Shown here: in pieces, positions 41,193 through 43,339 of the stretch
Layout of the letters: each line of letters starts with the position of its first letter
Numbering within the stretch: the first letter of the stretch is position 1
IMG/VR virus record: IMGVR_UViG_3300014202_000331
From: a virus
DNA length: 43,339 bases
Reading direction: 5' to 3' (one strand)
Position numbers and translations under genes: made by a program
The notes under the pieces: generated by a model
The model's database searches: none
The model's input: the letters and a program-made list of their open reading frames with translations, nothing else
Told to the model about the DNA's origin: nothing

Positions 41193-41458
41193 GCTACGAG
41201 ATCTTGCCAGTGCACTGCTACGAGATCCACGTCCAAAACACCTGCGTCGGCAATCTCAACGGGGTTGGAATTGGCGACGAATCGGCCTACGTCATCATCA
41301 CCGGGGCCGATTTCCCCGGGCTCGCCGAGGCCGGCCTACGCCGATTCGTGCATCCGGATCGTGGCTCGGTGTCCTGGCAGTCTCACTGCGCGACCTACGC
41401 TGACGCCCGGCGCATCGCAGAGCATGCGGCACGCCTGATCGACGAGGCCCAGTCGTGA
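41189..41458 (+). CDS. Hypothetical protein
   Basis: 89 aa. ATGA overlap upstream. Confidence 0.55.
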   Translation: MSYEILPVHCYEIHVQNTCVGNLNGVGIGDESAYVIITGADFPGLAEAGLRRFVHPDRGSVSWQSHCATYADARRIAEHAARLIDEAQS

Positions 41459-41562
41459 CGCCCGACGAGTCGAGGGTCATCATGCGCGAGATCGGCGCCC
41501 TCATGCGGGAGTACGCTCTGCTCGGTGGAGCCCTCGCCGACCTTGGGAGGCACGACCTGTGA
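41455..41562 (+). CDS. 35-aa micro-ORF
   Basis: VTPDESRVIMREIGALMREYALLGGALADLGRHDL. GTGA overlaps at both ends. Confidence 0.3.
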   Translation: MTPDESRVIMREIGALMREYALLGGALADLGRHDL

Positions 41563-42128
41563 GACACGCTCACTCCATGGACTCGGTCGAGTGGTACACG
41601 CCCGCGCCCGTCGTCGACCGCGCGCGAACGTCGCTCGGGGGGCGCATCATCCTGGACCCGTGCTCGTGCGAGCTCGCCCAGTCCGTCGTGCGCGCCGAGG
41701 GCTACTGCGAGACCGATGGCCTCACGGCGCTGCGGCGCTGCGCCCGCGGCGACACCGTGTTTGCCAACCCGCCCTCGCCGCCGCTGCCGTGGCTGATCGA
41801 GTGCGTGCTCGCGTGGCAGCGGGGCGCGCGCCTCGTGTACCTCGCGTACAGCATCCAGCAGATCCAGCAGGCGGCGAACTGGGGCAGGCTCTCGCTCGTG
41901 GGGGCGCAGCTCGTCATCCCCTACGCGCGGATCGCCTACGATGCGGACGCCGAGCGGCTCCGAGCGAGCTACGCAGCCCGGGGCGCCAAGGTGCCCCGCC
42001 GCATCGCCGAGGCCCCCGCAGGCACCCGCGTACGTGGTACGCAGCCCCCGCACGCGAGCGCGCTGATCCTACTCGGCGCCGACCCCGACCCCTGGCGCGA
42101 CTTCGGCGCCATCGCCACGATCGTTTGA
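41559..42128 (+). CDS. Phage Dam-like DNA N6-adenine methyltransferase homologue with an atypical NPPS motif
   Basis: 189 aa. SVEWYTPAPVV and ILDPCS resemble the phage Dam family. The catalytic tetrad position reads FANPPSPP rather than NPPY/F. Confidence 0.6.
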   Translation: MRHAHSMDSVEWYTPAPVVDRARTSLGGRIILDPCSCELAQSVVRAEGYCETDGLTALRRCARGDTVFANPPSPPLPWLIECVLAWQRGARLVYLAYSIQQIQQAANWGRLSLVGAQLVIPYARIAYDADAERLRASYAARGAKVPRRIAEAPAGTRVRGTQPPHASALILLGADPDPWRDFGAIATIV

Positions 42129-42149
42129 CCACCACAGAGAGGGATTCCC

Positions 42150-42620
42150 ATGTCTTCGACCACCGACCAGATCCAGCCCGCCCGTGGCCGGCTCCAAAGC
42201 AACCTGATCGACTTCGCGCGCCGACGCAGCATCATCGAGGCGGCCACCCTCGAGATCCGAAAGGCTCTCGCGTGCTGCTACGAGCACGTGCCCGACGGCG
42301 ACACCATCGAGGCCGGCGAGGCTGTGGCCCGCGCGATCAAGGCCGCCGTGTGCATCTACGACGACGCGATCCACGACCTGTCCCGCGAGCGCGCCGACAT
42401 CGAGACGCACGAGGCCGCGGCCCACGCGCTGCTCAGGGACCGCGCGCCGTGGCCCGAGTTGCTCGCGGCGTACGCCAGGCCCGGCGACCCGCACCGCGTG
42501 CTGTCGTGGGTGCGCTCGGTGTGCCGGGACGGCCTGGACGCCGACGACGCCGACAGCCGCGCCGAGCTCGAGTCCCAGGCCGCGGACTTGCTCGCCTCGA
42601 TCGCAGCAGGTGAGCGATGA
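42150..42620 (+). CDS. Hypothetical protein
   Basis: 156 aa. GAGAGGGA lies upstream of the ATG. Confidence 0.6.
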   Translation: MSSTTDQIQPARGRLQSNLIDFARRRSIIEAATLEIRKALACCYEHVPDGDTIEAGEAVARAIKAAVCIYDDAIHDLSRERADIETHEAAAHALLRDRAPWPELLAAYARPGDPHRVLSWVRSVCRDGLDADDADSRAELESQAADLLASIAAGER

Positions 42621-43339
42621 TCGTCGAGCTCACCCTCGCTGAGCTGCGCGAGCGCAACGCCTGCGATAGTGGCTATGCCTTCGCCGTCGCTCTCGCCGAT
42701 GCGGCTGGCGTCGTGCGCCTGGACATGTCCCCGCTCGCGTGGGTATGGCTCGAGAGCCACGGGCGCGCATGGGCCTCGTGGCTCGGGTTGCGAGCGCCGT
42801 ACCTCAGCGGCGCGAACCTCAGCGACGCGGACCTCCGCGGCGCGTACCTCAGCGGCGCGTACCTCAGCGGCGCGAACCTCAGCGGCGCGTACCTCCGCGG
42901 CGCGGACCTCCGCGGCGCGTACCTCCGCGGCGCGGACCTCAGCGGCGCGAACCTCAGCGGCGCGGACCTCCGCGACGCGGACCTCCGCGACGCGGACCTC
43001 AGCGACGCGGACCTCATCGACGCGAACCTCAGCGACGCGGACCTCAGCGACGCGGACCTCAGCGACGCGGACCTCAGCGACGCGAACCTCAGCGACGCGT
43101 ACCTCCGCGGCGCGGACCTCCGCGGCGCGAACCTCAGCGACGCGTACCTCCGCGGCGCGGACCTCCGCGGCGCGGACCTCAGCGACGCGGACCTCAGCGA
43201 CGCGGACCTCAGCGACGCGGACCTCATCGACGCGAACCTCAGCGGCGCGAACCTCAGCGACGCGGACCTCAGCGGCGCGTACCTCCGCGGCGCGAACCTC
43301 CGCGGCGCGTACCTCCGCGGCGCGTACCTCCGCGGCGCG
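42617..43339 (+). CDS. Pentapeptide-repeat protein, 5' part (runs off the window end; continues at 3..230)
   Basis: ATG 42617 (ATGA overlap). A 59-aa N-terminal region ([22 protein letters not shown]...) is followed by 36 A[D/N/Y]L[S/R/I][G/D] units. 723 nt = 241 codons with no stop. Absent from the ORF track because it is open-ended. Confidence 0.85.
   Translation, partial: MIVELTLAELRERNACDSGYAFAVALADAAGVVRLDMSPLAWVWLESHGRAWASWLGLRAPYLSGANLSDADLRGAYLSGAYLSGANLSGAYLRGADLRGAYLRGADLSGANLSGADLRDADLRDADLSDADLIDANLSDADLSDADLSDADLSDANLSDAYLRGADLRGANLSDAYLRGADLRGADLSDADLSDADLSDADLIDANLSGANLSDADLSGAYLRGANLRGAYLRGAYLRGA
42794..43339 (+). repeat. 15-bp tandem repeat array (36 units in this part)
   Basis: Every unit fits GCG-[G/A/T]AC-CTC-[AGC/CGC/ATC]-G[G/A]C when read unit by unit. 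Confidence 0.95.

Noticed and set aside
42673-43227. 184-aa minus-strand ORF ([10 protein letters not shown]...) across the repeat array
   Set aside because: It is the antisense reading of the 15-bp repeat. The plus strand gives a textbook A(D/N)LXX pentapeptide protein with a proper coupled start and non-repeat termini. The antisense stays open only because the repeat lacks stop codons.
42794-43339. Possible CRISPR array or diversity-generating retroelement target
   Set aside because: The units are contiguous 15-mers with no spacers, so this is not a CRISPR array. Variation at D/N/Y (GAC/AAC/TAC) recalls adenine mutagenesis, but AGC/ATC differences are not adenine-specific. I see no reverse transcriptase or template repeat in the window.

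Overview
This GC-rich window (roughly two-thirds G+C by eye) reads as one essentially complete genome of a contractile-tailed dsDNA phage, not as a stretch of chromosome. It starts and ends inside the same pentapeptide-repeat gene. The first and last 44 nt are identical and in frame, which suggests a circularly closed or permuted assembly of about 43.3 kb.

Genes form two arms that diverge from a control region at 40397..40573 and converge, with stop codons overlapping, at 7563..7566.

- **Plus arm (40574 through the junction to 7566):** small early ORFs, a Dam-like methyltransferase, the pentapeptide-repeat protein, ERF/Cas4-like exonuclease/SSB, a lower-GC patch with a ParB-like protein, TerL, portal and a MuF-like protein.
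- **Minus arm, early part (40396 down to about 30200):** a Cro-like HTH protein, an ASCH-like protein, a GT2-type glycosyltransferase, an SF2 helicase, a small RNA ligase, a C5-methyltransferase, RusA and a prim-pol/P-loop replicase.
- **Minus arm, late part (about 30200 down to 7563):** protease with nested scaffold, decoration protein, major capsid, connector proteins, sheath, tube, a chaperone with a -1 frameshift, tape measure and baseplate. The baseplate module is interrupted by an accessory/lysis block containing an N6/N4 methyltransferase, an endolysin and a small plus-strand island.

I saw no integrase, tRNA, rRNA or CRISPR array by eye. Family names are recalled from motifs and gene order; nothing was searched.

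Most notable observations:
- A pentapeptide gene built from about 42-43 nearly identical 15-bp units.
- A recurring GTTG-N6-CAAC dyad upstream of late genes.
- A C5-methyltransferase whose variable region reads correctly only in another frame.
- A C8 homopolymer that splits an HTH-like motif.
- A plus-strand two-gene island flanked by duplicated peptidase segments.
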